Shown here piece after piece: positions 10,046 through 19,466 of a DNA stretch of 64,000 nucleotides (the first letter of the stretch is position 1; each line of letters begins with the position of its first letter). The stretch covers positions 1,392,944-1,456,943 of the forward strand of contig CAVOTY010000006.1 of NCBI GenBank assembly GCA_963699455.1, in the 5' to 3' direction. Under the pieces are notes generated by a model, which saw only the letters and a program-made list of their open reading frames with translations, was not told the DNA's origin and did not search any database. The stretch comes from an uncultured Alphaproteobacteria bacterium. GTDB lineage: Bacteria > Pseudomonadota > Alphaproteobacteria > Rhizobiales > Beijerinckiaceae. The translations under genes and the position numbers were made by a program.

Positions 10046-10161
10046 TCGCGCGCGTCCCTTTGATCAGCACGAAAACTATCGATCCAAGAAAATCGATCGT
10101 GCGCGAAACTATCCGTTTCCACGGCGCCGCGCCAATCGGTACACCCGAACACTGGCTTGCA

Positions 10162-10191
10162 CAAAAAACCCGCCCGGACGAACCGGGCGGG
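10162..10191 (-). terminator. rho-independent terminator of pmoCAB
   Basis: On the minus strand: CCCGCCCGG-ttcgt-CCGGGCGGG followed by TTTTTT, about 60 nt after the pmoB stop. Confidence 0.8.
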
Positions 10192-10248
10192 CAAGTTTCA
10201 CACCAACACGCGGAGAAGAAAGAGAGAACCGCGTGAAGCTCGTCGCCG

Positions 10249-11538
10249 TTAGAGGCTCGCGCCAGCCTGGAAGCGCGGGATCACCGGTCCGCCGATTTCC
10301 AGCTTTTCGCGCTTGCCCGACGGGCTGAACAGGAACAACAGACCGCCGAACTGGCTGTCGGTGTCATAGGCCAGATCCGACAGGCGCTCGATATCGAAGC
10401 GCGCGTCCTGCACGGTCACCACGACATCTCGGCTCTCGCCCGGCGCGATCGGCGCCGGATCGTTCACCGCCAAGCCGCGGTCGGCGAGCAGATACTCGGG
10501 GAATTCGGGCTTCGTCGTGAAGACGTCGGGGTTCAGGAAGCGAAGGCCCGCCGTGGTGAATTCGCCAATTCTCAAAGGTTCCGTCCCGTGGTTGGTGACC
10601 TTCAGCTTGATCGACAACTCGCGTCCCGGCACCTTGTAACTGCCGCCGCCATATTGCGCGGTCACCGTCGGCTTGCCTTCATCCATCGGGTCGATGCCCG
10701 TCAGCAAACCGGCCTGCATGGGCAATGTGCGCGGGAACTCCCGGTTGGCCTGAGCATAGAACACCAGCAGCGCCAACATCGAGCCGGCCAGCCACAGGCC
10801 GCCAAAACGCTTATCGTTAAGCGTGATCATCTCGGGACCCTTCCCCGCCGCGACCTGCCAACCGCGCGCGATGATGCCCTTCTGCATGAACCAGTAAATG
10901 ATCCACACGGCCGCCGCCGCCATCCATAGGAAGTGGTAAATCATCGTCCACTGGATGCCGAGCGTCTCCAGATCGATCGTCGATCCGTCCAGCAAGGTCA
11001 CCGGATTGGTGAAGTTGGACATGTCGCCCTTGATGGTTATCCATTGGCCCGGACCGACGATCGGACCGCCATCCTTCACGTTGATCTGCACATGGACGTG
11101 GTAACGGCCCTGGCGGCGCGCCCGCAGGACGATCTTGTATTCATAGTCCTTGCCGATCTCCAATGTGAACGTGCGCGGCGTGGGAATGCCGCTGACGAAG
11201 GACGACTTGCGCACGAACACCGGTCCGGGCTCGCCGACGTTCAGGAAGGATTGTTCCGGCTTGGCGACGGCTTGCGGCCAACCCGAAAACACGTGCACCT
11301 TGCCGGTGAGCTCCATGTCCTCGTTAATATTCACCTCGGTCTTCGACCATTTCACGTCGTACCAATTCAGCGTGCGCATGCGAAGGAACGCCTGCTGCGA
11401 ACGTTCTCCGTGAGCGCTGGCGGGAGTCGCCGCCGGCAATGTCGTCGCCGCGACGGCCGCGACCAGCCCCAAGGACAGCGCGCGAACGGACCGCGTCCCC
11501 AAGAATTTGGCGATTGTTTCGCCGATTGAAAGTTTCAT
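10249..11538 (-). CDS. pmoB: particulate methane monooxygenase subunit B
   Basis: Signal peptide then ...ASAHGERSQQAFLRMRTLNWYDVKW (N-terminal His) and GRYHVHVQINV (the two further CuB-site His). 429 aa. Confidence 0.95.
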   Translation of the reverse strand: MKLSIGETIAKFLGTRSVRALSLGLVAAVAATTLPAATPASAHGERSQQAFLRMRTLNWYDVKWSKTEVNINEDMELTGKVHVFSGWPQAVAKPEQSFLNVGEPGPVFVRKSSFVSGIPTPRTFTLEIGKDYEYKIVLRARRQGRYHVHVQINVKDGGPIVGPGQWITIKGDMSNFTNPVTLLDGSTIDLETLGIQWTMIYHFLWMAAAAVWIIYWFMQKGIIARGWQVAAGKGPEMITLNDKRFGGLWLAGSMLALLVFYAQANREFPRTLPMQAGLLTGIDPMDEGKPTVTAQYGGGSYKVPGRELSIKLKVTNHGTEPLRIGEFTTAGLRFLNPDVFTTKPEFPEYLLADRGLAVNDPAPIAPGESRDVVVTVQDARFDIERLSDLAYDTDSQFGGLLFLFSPSGKREKLEIGGPVIPRFQAGASL

Positions 11539-11641
11539 CTCGTTTGTCTCCCTCTAACTCTTTAGCTCTTTGTCGTTTTTCCCGCCGGAGCCCTGAATTG
11601 GGCTCCGGCATGTCGCTTGTTTGGGCCCCGACGACCGCGCG

Positions 11642-12412
11642 TTAGATTTCGTCGTTGGCGAGATAATCGGTGCGCGCGAACCACTGACCAAACTTCCACC
11701 ACAGGAAGTAGACGAGCATCGAGACGAAGCCTGAGAAGAAGGCCGCCACCGGCACGACATCCTTGCCGAAGGTTCGCAGCGTGCCGCGCTCGATCATGCG
11801 AATATATTCCGGCGTACCCGTGCGGACGTAGTTGAAGCCAATGAGATCGGCGAGGGTGAGCAGCACGCCGTCAACCTCGGCGGCCTGATGATACTGAGCG
11901 AGAACCGGCCAGTTGCTGGGATAGAACAACAGGCCCCAGCCCATCGAGCCAAGCAACGCCGTCACCAGCCAGCTACCCGAGAGCAGCAGCACGACGTCAA
12001 GCCAAAAGGCCATCGGAATCAACGCGGATGGGAACACGAGGCTGATCGGGAAGAAGGTCCAACCCCAGAAATTGTCGTAGCGATTGATCCATTCGCCCAC
12101 CAGCAGCGCCAAGGTGACGACGGTGGCTCCAAAAGGCAGCCGAAATTTCGTCCAGAAGAACGACTGCGCGGCCGCCGCGAAGCACATGGCGACGATCGGC
12201 GCCACGGTCGGCCACATGCGGCGATCCTTGAAGTCGATCCAGAAATCCCAATCGCCCGCCAGCAACATGTAGTGAATGTGATAGGAGCCGAGCAGAACGA
12301 GGAACAGAATGAAGAGGAGAATCCAGTCGGTCAGGATGACGCAACCGAAAAATTCCTCTTTTGATTTCCAGGCGCCGCCGGCCGGCGCGCCTGCTTCCGT
12401 GGATATGGACAT
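11642..12412 (-). CDS. pmoA: particulate methane monooxygenase subunit A
   Basis: Motifs [69 protein letters not shown]. 256 aa. Confidence 0.95.
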   Translation of the reverse strand: [256 protein letters not shown]

Positions 12413-12672
12413 TACTTTGCTCTCCTTGATTTTCCTCCGGCGTTTTCCGCCGGATATTCGATTTTTTGAGACGAGCCCCCTCTTGCGCCATCGCGGTCAA
12501 CGCTGGCGCTCGAAGCATTCGGATTCTTCGTTTGATCTGAGCAGGGAAGCGGCCGACTATTCGAGTCCTGGCCGTTACTCAAACCACGACCGCTTCCCAG
12601 GATCGGCTTCCAGTTGGCGTCCTGGGAGAAACGCGCCGAAAAGCCGATGTTCCGGATTGATCCAAAGACCAA

Positions 12673-13447
12673 TCAGAGCGCGAGAATGTCCTTTTCGAAC
12701 TCCTTGCTAAGCTCGATCACGCGACCAAGAACCTGCAAGACCACGCCGAAAACCGCGAGCGCGAACCACCCGAAGAACACGAAGCCCCAGTGCAGCGGCG
12801 CCGTGAACAGCTCTTCCATGAACCAGAACGTATGACCCCATTCGTTGAGACCCACATTCGGGAAGATCATGAACGGGCCGGCGAAGAAGAGCAGGAACGC
12901 GATCGAGATCTTATTGGCGAACATCGGAATGCGCGTGCGCGCATACATGAAGGAGCCCCAGCCGGCGATGATATAGATGGGATAGCTGAGGTAGAACTCC
13001 AGGATATGGCTGGGCGTGAAATCCGTGTCGCGAATCACGGTTTGGTGCCAGGTGCCATCCTGTTCGGTGAAGTAGCTGGCGCCCCAATAAACCGTGAAGG
13101 CGTAAACCAATAGCCAGCCCACCAGCGTCAGAAGACGCCGAAGTTCCTCGCGCGGCGCGACCGCGTTAATGTTGCGGTCGCGGGTTTTCCACAAATAGCC
13201 GCCGATGCCGCAAAAGGCGATGAACTCGAGCGGCAACTCGGTCCACATGATGTTCAGCCAATAAGTCTGGAATTCCGGCGCGAAGGAGTCGAAGTCCCGC
13301 CTTCCAGCCGAAATACTGTTCATAGATGCGGATGCCAACATAAAACATGCCGAGGCAAAACATCGCGATGTAAGCTGGCTTGTAATCGACTACCGTATCG
13401 ACTTTTGCTCCGCCCGCGGCGGCGGCTTTATCTGTCGCCAAACTCAT
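12673..13447 (-). pseudogene. pmoC: particulate methane monooxygenase subunit C, reading frame interrupted by one extra nucleotide near 13291-13293
   Basis: The N-terminus (MSLATDK...IRIYEQYFGWKAGL) lies in the frame of ORF 13166..13579. The rest (DSFAPEFQTYW...IRDTDFTPSH...NEWGHTFWFMEELF..PLHWGF) lies in ORF 12673..13341. Length is 775 nt = 3n+1. SD GGGAGGG precedes ATG 13447. Confidence 0.9.
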
Positions 13448-13599
13448 GCGCATCCCTCCCTTGATGTCGTTTCCCAACGCGCTTCGCGCGCTATCGTCAT
13501 TCCGCCACCCGCGGCGCCGCGGGCAAGAGCCGCTTGGCTCCGCCTGAGCTTTGCTCCGGCGACGACGCGTAAGTCGCAAGACAAAACGCCGAGAACCAG

Positions 13600-13870
13600 A
13601 TCAACTGGAATATCGGACATCTCGCCCACGGCAACCCGCTTCGGCCTACGCAGCGACTGAAGGCTAGCACAACAATTATTTGGTGTGTCAACAATATTAA
13701 CGCACACAGGCGCGACAATTTGTATCTATAATTGCATTTATTCGTCTCATATGCACAATATAATAATATGATATTTATTGCTGTATCATTTTTGCCCGTA
13801 TAAACAAATGAATATCTAATATATGATGCATATCATGAATAACTACAGTTGCATATTATAATAAGACGCG
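13600..13870 (-). promoter_or_regulatory. pmoCAB promoter/leader region with AT-rich island
   Basis: About 160 bp of strongly A/T-dominated sequence (13700-13862) in an otherwise GC-rich window. A perfect -35-like TTGACA sits on the minus strand at 13686-13691, about 240 nt upstream of pmoC. The -10 is not convincing. Confidence 0.4.
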
Positions 13871-14016
13871 CGGCTTATGCTTGGAGCGCGACATTCTGTC
13901 GCAACAAAACTACATTGTCCGCGGGGTCGAAGTTAGAAAGTATCACTTACCGCCGACGCAGCGCGTGGCGAAATTCATCGCGCCAGAGTCGCGAAAAACA
14001 AAAGGGAGGAAACAAT

Positions 14017-14127
14017 ATGGCTTTGCATAAGGTGAATGAACTCGGGTGGGTCGCCGGATGGGTTGGTTTCATCATCTTCCTTTTCGCGATTTTCATCCCG
14101 ACGGTTAATCGCTCTCTCAATCTCTGA
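14017..14127 (+). CDS. small hydrophobic membrane peptide (36 aa)
   Basis: Strong SD AGGGAGGA 6 nt before the ATG. Sequence MALHKVNELGWVAGWVGFIIFLFAIFIPTVNRSLNL (one TM helix). A perfect hairpin lies downstream. Confidence 0.5.
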   Translation: MALHKVNELGWVAGWVGFIIFLFAIFIPTVNRSLNL

Positions 14128-14178
14128 TCACGGACAATCGCGAGCACCGCCGCGAACCCGACAAAAATACCCTTCAGC

Positions 14179-14211
14179 GACGCCCTGGAGCCGGGCCGGC
14201 TCCAGGGCGTC
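14179..14211 (+). terminator. perfect 33-nt palindromic hairpin downstream of the small ORF
   Basis: GACGCCCTGGAGCCGGGCCGGCTCCAGGGCGTC. Only a weak T tract follows. Confidence 0.45.
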
Positions 14212-14587
14212 TTGCGTCGCAATGTATGTCGACCAGTCAGCGCGACAAAATGTAGCAGCCCATGTATTAAGCACTTTAATTGCTGCAAATCCCCAAGTTT
14301 GAACTATTCTAATTCTTTTTCATAAAGGAAATTGACTGGAAATACAAGGCATTGAGCTGGATACCCCAGCAAGCGAGGCGCCCACGCTTGAGAACACGGT
14401 CCGAAGCTCTTTCAGCCGCGATCGCGCGGCGCCAAAAAATGCTCATTGAATTCCACATTGAAATAATGAGAAAAACAACCGTTGCGAACACTCGTCTGAT
14501 CCAAACCGATTCAGGTGGCGGAACCAAGATAAAGGCGTGTGACACGCGGAAGCGCCGAGCTTAAACCCGACTGACGAAGCACAGGCC

Positions 14588-15034
14588 ATGTATTCCACCA
14601 TGATGCACGAAAAAGACTCGAACAATCCCCGCGCCCAGATCCAACAGCGACGAGAGGCCGCCGTGCGAGCTCTCCTTGGCCGCACGGATGGAAAGCTCTC
14701 GCAAGAGATCATCGAGGACCTCAAGAAAGATCTCGGGGTCAGTCGCGCCACCGCCTATCGCATGATCAAGACTTTTCGTAGTTGCGGCATGGTCGTCGCA
14801 CCCACGACTCGCCCTGTGGGTCGCCCGAAGGGCGCGCGCGTGCTGGACCCCAAGCGTGAGTTCCTGATCCATGACGCGATTCGCAGTTTCTATCTGCGGC
14901 CGCTTAGACCAAAGTTCAGCGAACTTGTTGAGGAAATTGGGCGGCGGTGTCGCGCGGAGCGCTTGCCGCCACCCAATTGGCGCACCATCAAGTCCCGCGT
15001 TCACGACATCTTGGCGCAAACAGGACGTCGCTGA
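14588..15034 (+). pseudogene. truncated transposase fragment (N-terminal HTH region of a Mu/TniA/TnsB-like DDE transposase)
   Basis: The 148-aa ORF has an HTH (LGVSRATAYRMIKTFR) followed by GRPKGARVLDPKREFLIHDAIRSFYL...RCRAERLPPPNWRTIKSRV, typical of TniA-type N-termini. No DDE (rve) domain follows. Confidence 0.6.
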
Positions 15035-15148
15035 GCCAGCAAGCAACCTAGAGCTAGGGGGCGCGCGTAACGGTTTTGACCTTGCGGCGCGCCGCTTGGC
15101 GCTTTACTCAGGGGCGGCGATCTCGGGTCACGAAAGACGCCTCCATCC

Positions 15149-15337
15149 ATGCCGCAACTTTCCAACATTGTCTTGGTCGCCGCGCTCGCGCTTGTCGTGC
15201 TTGTGCTGATCGCGGGTTTTATGAATATGTTTCGCGGCGGCGATCCACGCGTGTCGCAAAACCTTATGCGGTGGCGCGTGGGCTTGCAGTTTCTGGCCCT
15301 GGCGATCATCGTGGCGATTCTGTTCTTCCGGCATTAA
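15149..15337 (+). CDS. twin-transmembrane-helix small protein (HIG1 domain)
   Basis: 62 aa with two TM helices and the motif ...NLMRWRVGLQ..A. Confidence 0.8.
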   Translation: MPQLSNIVLVAALALVVLVLIAGFMNMFRGGDPRVSQNLMRWRVGLQFLALAIIVAILFFRH

Positions 15338-15363
15338 CCGTCTAATGATTTCAGGAACGAGAA

Positions 15364-15951
15364 ATGGTACGGCTGGACAAGATTTACACGCGCGGCGGCG
15401 ATGCGGGCGCAACCTCGCTGGCTGACGGGGCGCGCCGCCGCAAGGACGATCTTCGGATAGAGGCGTTTGGCGCCATTGACGAGGCCAACGCGGCGATCGG
15501 CGTGGCCCGCCTTGCCATTGAAGCGAGAGACAAGACACTCGACGCCATGCTGGAGCGTATCCAGAACGATCTTTTCGACCTTGGCGCGGAATTGGCCACG
15601 CCGCTTGACGTCAACAAGCCAGCACCGGATCCGTCAACGCGCCTCGCCGTCGTGCAAACTCAGGTCGATCGGTTGGAGCGGGAAATCGACGCACTCAACG
15701 GCGATCTCGCGCCGCTCAAATCCTTCGTCTTGCCCGGCGGGACTGCCGCCGCCGCTCACCTGCATCTCGCCCGCACGATCACTCGTCGCGCCGAACGAGT
15801 CATGGTCGCCCTGGCCAACACCCCGAGCGAACAGGTGGCGCCGGCCGCGTTGCGCTATGTCAATCGGCTTTCGGATTTTCTGTTTGTCGCATCCCGTTAC
15901 GTCAATCGCCAGGAAGGTGATGTCCTGTGGAGGCCCGGCGCGACACGCTAA
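15364..15951 (+). CDS. ATP:cob(I)alamin adenosyltransferase, PduO type
   Basis: N-terminus MVRLDKIYTRGGDAGATSL and the motif FVLPGG..AAA.LHLARTI.RRAER. Confidence 0.9.
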   Translation: MVRLDKIYTRGGDAGATSLADGARRRKDDLRIEAFGAIDEANAAIGVARLAIEARDKTLDAMLERIQNDLFDLGAELATPLDVNKPAPDPSTRLAVVQTQVDRLEREIDALNGDLAPLKSFVLPGGTAAAAHLHLARTITRRAERVMVALANTPSEQVAPAALRYVNRLSDFLFVASRYVNRQEGDVLWRPGATR

Positions 15952-16058
15952 CTGAGACCGCCACGGTCCGCCGTCGGGCCGTCACCGGCGTTGACGGGCA
16001 AGACGCGTCGCGCTACGAATCGCTCAATACGCGTATCGCTTGGGTGGCGTCGAGGAAA

Positions 16059-16391
16059 ATGCCAAGACAGAGTTCAGCAAAATTCGCGATCGGCCAGGTC
16101 GTCAGACATCGCCGCTACCCGTTTCGCGGAGTGATTTACGATGTCGATCCGGTGTTTTCCAACACCGAAGAGTGGTGGCTGTCGATCCCCGAGGAAGTCC
16201 GGCCAAGCAAGGATCAGCCGTTCTACCACCTATTCGCTGAAAACGCCGAAACCGAATATGTCGCCTATGTTTCCGAACAGAATCTCGTCGCCGACACCTC
16301 GGGCGATCCCGTTCGACACCCCCAGGTCGACGAAACCTTTATTCGGGCGGACAACGGGGCTTACCGAGTGAAGGCGGATAATCGCCATTGA
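16059..16391 (+). CDS. hspQ: heat-shock protein HspQ (hemimethylated DNA-binding YccV domain)
   Basis: SAKFAIGQVVRHRRYPFRGVIYDVDPVF...PFYHL..E..ETEYVAYVSEQNL. Confidence 0.85.
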   Translation: MPRQSSAKFAIGQVVRHRRYPFRGVIYDVDPVFSNTEEWWLSIPEEVRPSKDQPFYHLFAENAETEYVAYVSEQNLVADTSGDPVRHPQVDETFIRADNGAYRVKADNRH

Positions 16392-16415
16392 TCGGGCGCG
16401 AGAAGCGCCGCCATT

Positions 16416-16451
16416 AAAAAAACGCCCGCGCATCACGCGGGCGTTTTTTTG
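16416..16451. terminator. bidirectional rho-independent terminator between hspQ and the ialB-like gene
   Basis: AAAAAA-ACGCCCGCG-catca-CGCGGGCGT-TTTTTTT. Confidence 0.8.
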
Positions 16452-16475
16452 CGTCAACCTTGAAAGGCCAAATTC

Positions 16476-17162
16476 TTACTTGCCGGCGGGAGCCTTGCCA
16501 GCCGGCGCCGCCGCGCCCTTGTTGGCGTCCAGCTTACTGCGCTCCTCCGCGGCCTTCTTCTCCATGTCGGCTTGCAGCTTCTTCTGCCGCTCCTCGAGCA
16601 CCTTGGGATCGATCGCCGGTCCATCGAACGCCTTGCCGAAAGCCGCGAGCGGAAGGACGAAGGTCACTTCATTGTTGACCTGGTTCTTCACGACGACCGA
16701 CAACTTCTCGGCTTTCTTCAAATTATCGACAACGGACGGCTTCACCTTGGCTTCAGCAAAGCAGCCATTGGGGAAGCAAATCTCGAAAGCTCCGGATTCC
16801 TGCGGACCTTTGTCGATCGAGAAGCGGAAGCCCGGCTTTAGCAGCAGTCCCGGGGGCAGCAGCAAACGGATTACCTTTTCAGGCGCGCCCTTGGGATCAT
16901 AAACCGCGAGCGCCAGGATGGGCTGGTCAGCCTGAATTCCGAAATCGCGCGTCGTGTAGCAAACCTCTTTTTGGGATTGCGGATCGCCGCCGCAAACCTT
17001 TGTCCATTCGGGCTGCACGGGAACCAGGTCCGCCTTCACCGGCCCTTGGGGCTGCTGCTGAGGCGTTCCGGCGGCTGGGGCCGGCGCTTGCTGCGCGAGG
17101 GCCGATCCACCGGCGAACAAACCCAGGGCGGCGGCGCCGAGCCGCAAAGTTTTTATAGACAT
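16476..17162 (-). CDS. invasion-associated locus B (IalB) family periplasmic protein
   Basis: Signal peptide MSIKTLRLGAAALGLFAGGSALA. Motifs W.KVCG...KEVCYT and FEICFPNGCFAE. Confidence 0.85.
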   Translation of the reverse strand: MSIKTLRLGAAALGLFAGGSALAQQAPAPAAGTPQQQPQGPVKADLVPVQPEWTKVCGGDPQSQKEVCYTTRDFGIQADQPILALAVYDPKGAPEKVIRLLLPPGLLLKPGFRFSIDKGPQESGAFEICFPNGCFAEAKVKPSVVDNLKKAEKLSVVVKNQVNNEVTFVLPLAAFGKAFDGPAIDPKVLEERQKKLQADMEKKAAEERSKLDANKGAAAPAGKAPAGK

Positions 17163-17576
17163 CGGAAGTCCTTTCGAGTGCCTTCGATACTGCGTCAACT
17201 ACTGCCGAAACGAGCGTTACCGCGTCGCGGAATCGCACACAAGCGTCTAACTAGCTGGAAGCACGCGCTAGAGACCCCAACCCCAAGAATCTTATGCAAA
17301 AGGATGCGCGCGATTAGCGCGCGCCAATTTCTCATGCACAACGATGGTTTCAATCGAAGGGCGCGGCGCCGGCTATACATGCTCGCCGCCTCGAATTCAA
17401 GATCCGTCGACACCAAAGCACTGCCTGATCAAGCATGGTTTTCGTTGGAACGCCTATTTTTGTTTTCCTAAAGGCCCCTTGGTTTGCCGGCCGGTCGTCC
17501 AAATGCCTGTTTCCCGAACTAAAAATATCCGAATTTCCGCCCTTCGCGCCGTTCCCCCGCTTTATAGGAGCTCCGG

Positions 17577-19466
17577 TTGGCTTATGCTTCTTCCATGATG
17601 AGAAAATTGATTCGCCTTGCGTTCGGGGCGGGCAAGCCGTTGGTTGTCGCACCGTTGACCGCCTGGTTGACGTTAGTTTGCGTTTTTTGCGCGCAGGCCG
17701 ATCCAACCGCCACCGCGCGCCCGGCCCCTTCGTCGATGCACGGCGTCGCCATGCATGGCGCGCCGCTCTTGCCGCCCAATTTCGAACATTTCCCCTACGC
17801 CAATCCGAACGCCAAAAAAGGCGGGCGGCTGCGCGTCGGCCTTCCTGGAACGTTCGACAGCCTCAACCCCTTCAATTTAAAAGCCGGCTCGACCGCGCAA
17901 GGCCTGGTGGGCAATGTTTTCCAAACATTGATGGCGCGTTCGCAGGACGAGCCCTTCACCTTTTACGGACTGATCGCGCGGTCCATTGAACTCGACCCCG
18001 AGCGCGAACATGTGACCTTCCACCTCGACCCCGGCGCCCATTTTTCCGACGGAGCGCCGCTCACCGCGGCGGACGTGCTGTTTTCATTCGAGCTATTGAG
18101 AACCAAGGGCCGCCCGCAGCAGCGCGTCGCCTTCAACCTGGTCAAATCAGTCGACGCGCCGGACGCCGAGACCGTACATTACGATCTGACTGGCGCGCTC
18201 GACCGCGAGTTGCCGCTGATATTGGCGCTAATGCCGGTGCTGCCGAAACATGCGGTCGACGTCGAACATTTCGCGGACGCCACGCTGACGCCGCCAATCG
18301 GCTCTGGCCCTTATGTGATCACGGAGGTAAAGGTCGGCGCGCGTCTGCAACTGCGGCGCGATCCAAATTATTGGGGCCAGAATGTGCCGAGTCAGCGCGG
18401 CCTCTATAATTTCGACGAGATCGACATTGATTATTTCCGCGACGGGAACGCGCTTTTCGAGGCGTTTAAGGCAGGCTTGATCGACTATCGCGAGGAAACC
18501 AGTTCCGCGCGATGGGCCAGCGGCTATGATTTTCCCGCCGCCCGGGATGGCCAGATCGTCCGGGAAGAATTGCACAACGACAGCCCCAAGGGAATGGAGG
18601 GCTTCGCATTCAACCTGCGCCGCGACTTGTTCAAGGACGTTCGTCTGCGCGAGGCGCTAGGCATGATGTTCGATTTCGAGTGGATCAACGCCAATCTCTA
18701 CTCAGGCCTTTACACCCGTACCAAAAGCTTCTTCGACCAATCGGAACTCGCCTCCACGGGTCGACCCGCCAGCCCCGCGGAACGCGCTTTACTCTCTCCC
18801 TTTCCCGGCGCCGTGCGCGAGGACATCATGGAGGGGCGCTGGCGCCCTCCGGTCAACGATGGAACCGGGCGCGACCGCGAGATGGCGAAGCGAGCGCTGG
18901 CCCTGCTGAACGAGGCCGGCTATCGCTTGCAAGGCGACACGCTGATGAAAGATGGAGTCGCCATCGCCTTCGAGATCATGGTCAAGGATAGGAGCGAGGA
19001 GCGGCTCGCGCTCAATTTCGCGACATCGCTCAAGCGCATCGGAGTCGAGGCGCGCGTGAGGCTTGTCGACGAGGTGCAGTATCAGCGCCGTCGCCAACGA
19101 TTCGAATTCGACATGATGCCGGGCCAATGGGTCGCCTCCGCCTCGCCGGGTAATGAACAGCGCATGCGGTGGGGCTCGGCCAGCGCGGCTCAGGAAGGGT
19201 CCTATAACCTCGCCGGAGCGGCGAACCCTGCTCTCGACGCACTCATCGCGGCGCTGCTCGCCGCCAAGACCCACGAGGAGTTCGTCACCGCCGTTCGCGC
19301 GTTCGACCGCGTGCTGCTGTCGGGCTTTTATATCGTGCCCTTCTATCATGCCGCCAATCAGTGGATCGCCCACGCCACCGCCTTGCGGCATCCGGAAAGA
19401 CTGCCGCGCTACGCAACGCCAATTTTCGGTCCGACCCTGGATAACTGGTGGAAAGAAAGCCCATGA
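17577..19466 (+). CDS. ABC transporter substrate-binding protein, family 5 (YejA/peptide-type)
   Basis: 629 aa with a signal peptide and SBP_bac_5-like motifs (GGRLRVG.PGTFDSLNPF, ...DGAPLTAADV.FS...). The start codon is uncertain. Confidence 0.85.
   Translation: MAYASSMMRKLIRLAFGAGKPLVVAPLTAWLTLVCVFCAQADPTATARPAPSSMHGVAMHGAPLLPPNFEHFPYANPNAKKGGRLRVGLPGTFDSLNPFNLKAGSTAQGLVGNVFQTLMARSQDEPFTFYGLIARSIELDPEREHVTFHLDPGAHFSDGAPLTAADVLFSFELLRTKGRPQQRVAFNLVKSVDAPDAETVHYDLTGALDRELPLILALMPVLPKHAVDVEHFADATLTPPIGSGPYVITEVKVGARLQLRRDPNYWGQNVPSQRGLYNFDEIDIDYFRDGNALFEAFKAGLIDYREETSSARWASGYDFPAARDGQIVREELHNDSPKGMEGFAFNLRRDLFKDVRLREALGMMFDFEWINANLYSGLYTRTKSFFDQSELASTGRPASPAERALLSPFPGAVREDIMEGRWRPPVNDGTGRDREMAKRALALLNEAGYRLQGDTLMKDGVAIAFEIMVKDRSEERLALNFATSLKRIGVEARVRLVDEVQYQRRRQRFEFDMMPGQWVASASPGNEQRMRWGSASAAQEGSYNLAGAANPALDALIAALLAAKTHEEFVTAVRAFDRVLLSGFYIVPFYHAANQWIAHATALRHPERLPRYATPIFGPTLDNWWKESP

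Noticed and set aside
13289-13293. Programmed +1 ribosomal frameshifting, since CUU-CGA-C in pmoC superficially resembles prfB CUU-UGA-C and Ty1 CUU-AGG-C.
   Set aside because: The pgi and nuoM sites (GAG-U-UCG) have no slippery P-site codon or upstream SD-like stimulator. All three are better explained by one extra T at a GANTC site. No frameshifting is known in these gene families.
13849-14016. Upstream extension of the small ORF to a 92-aa protein starting at 13849.
   Set aside because: The extension runs through the AT-rich promoter island and gives implausible sequence (MHIIIRRAAYAW...). The strong SD sits in front of the internal ATG at 14017.
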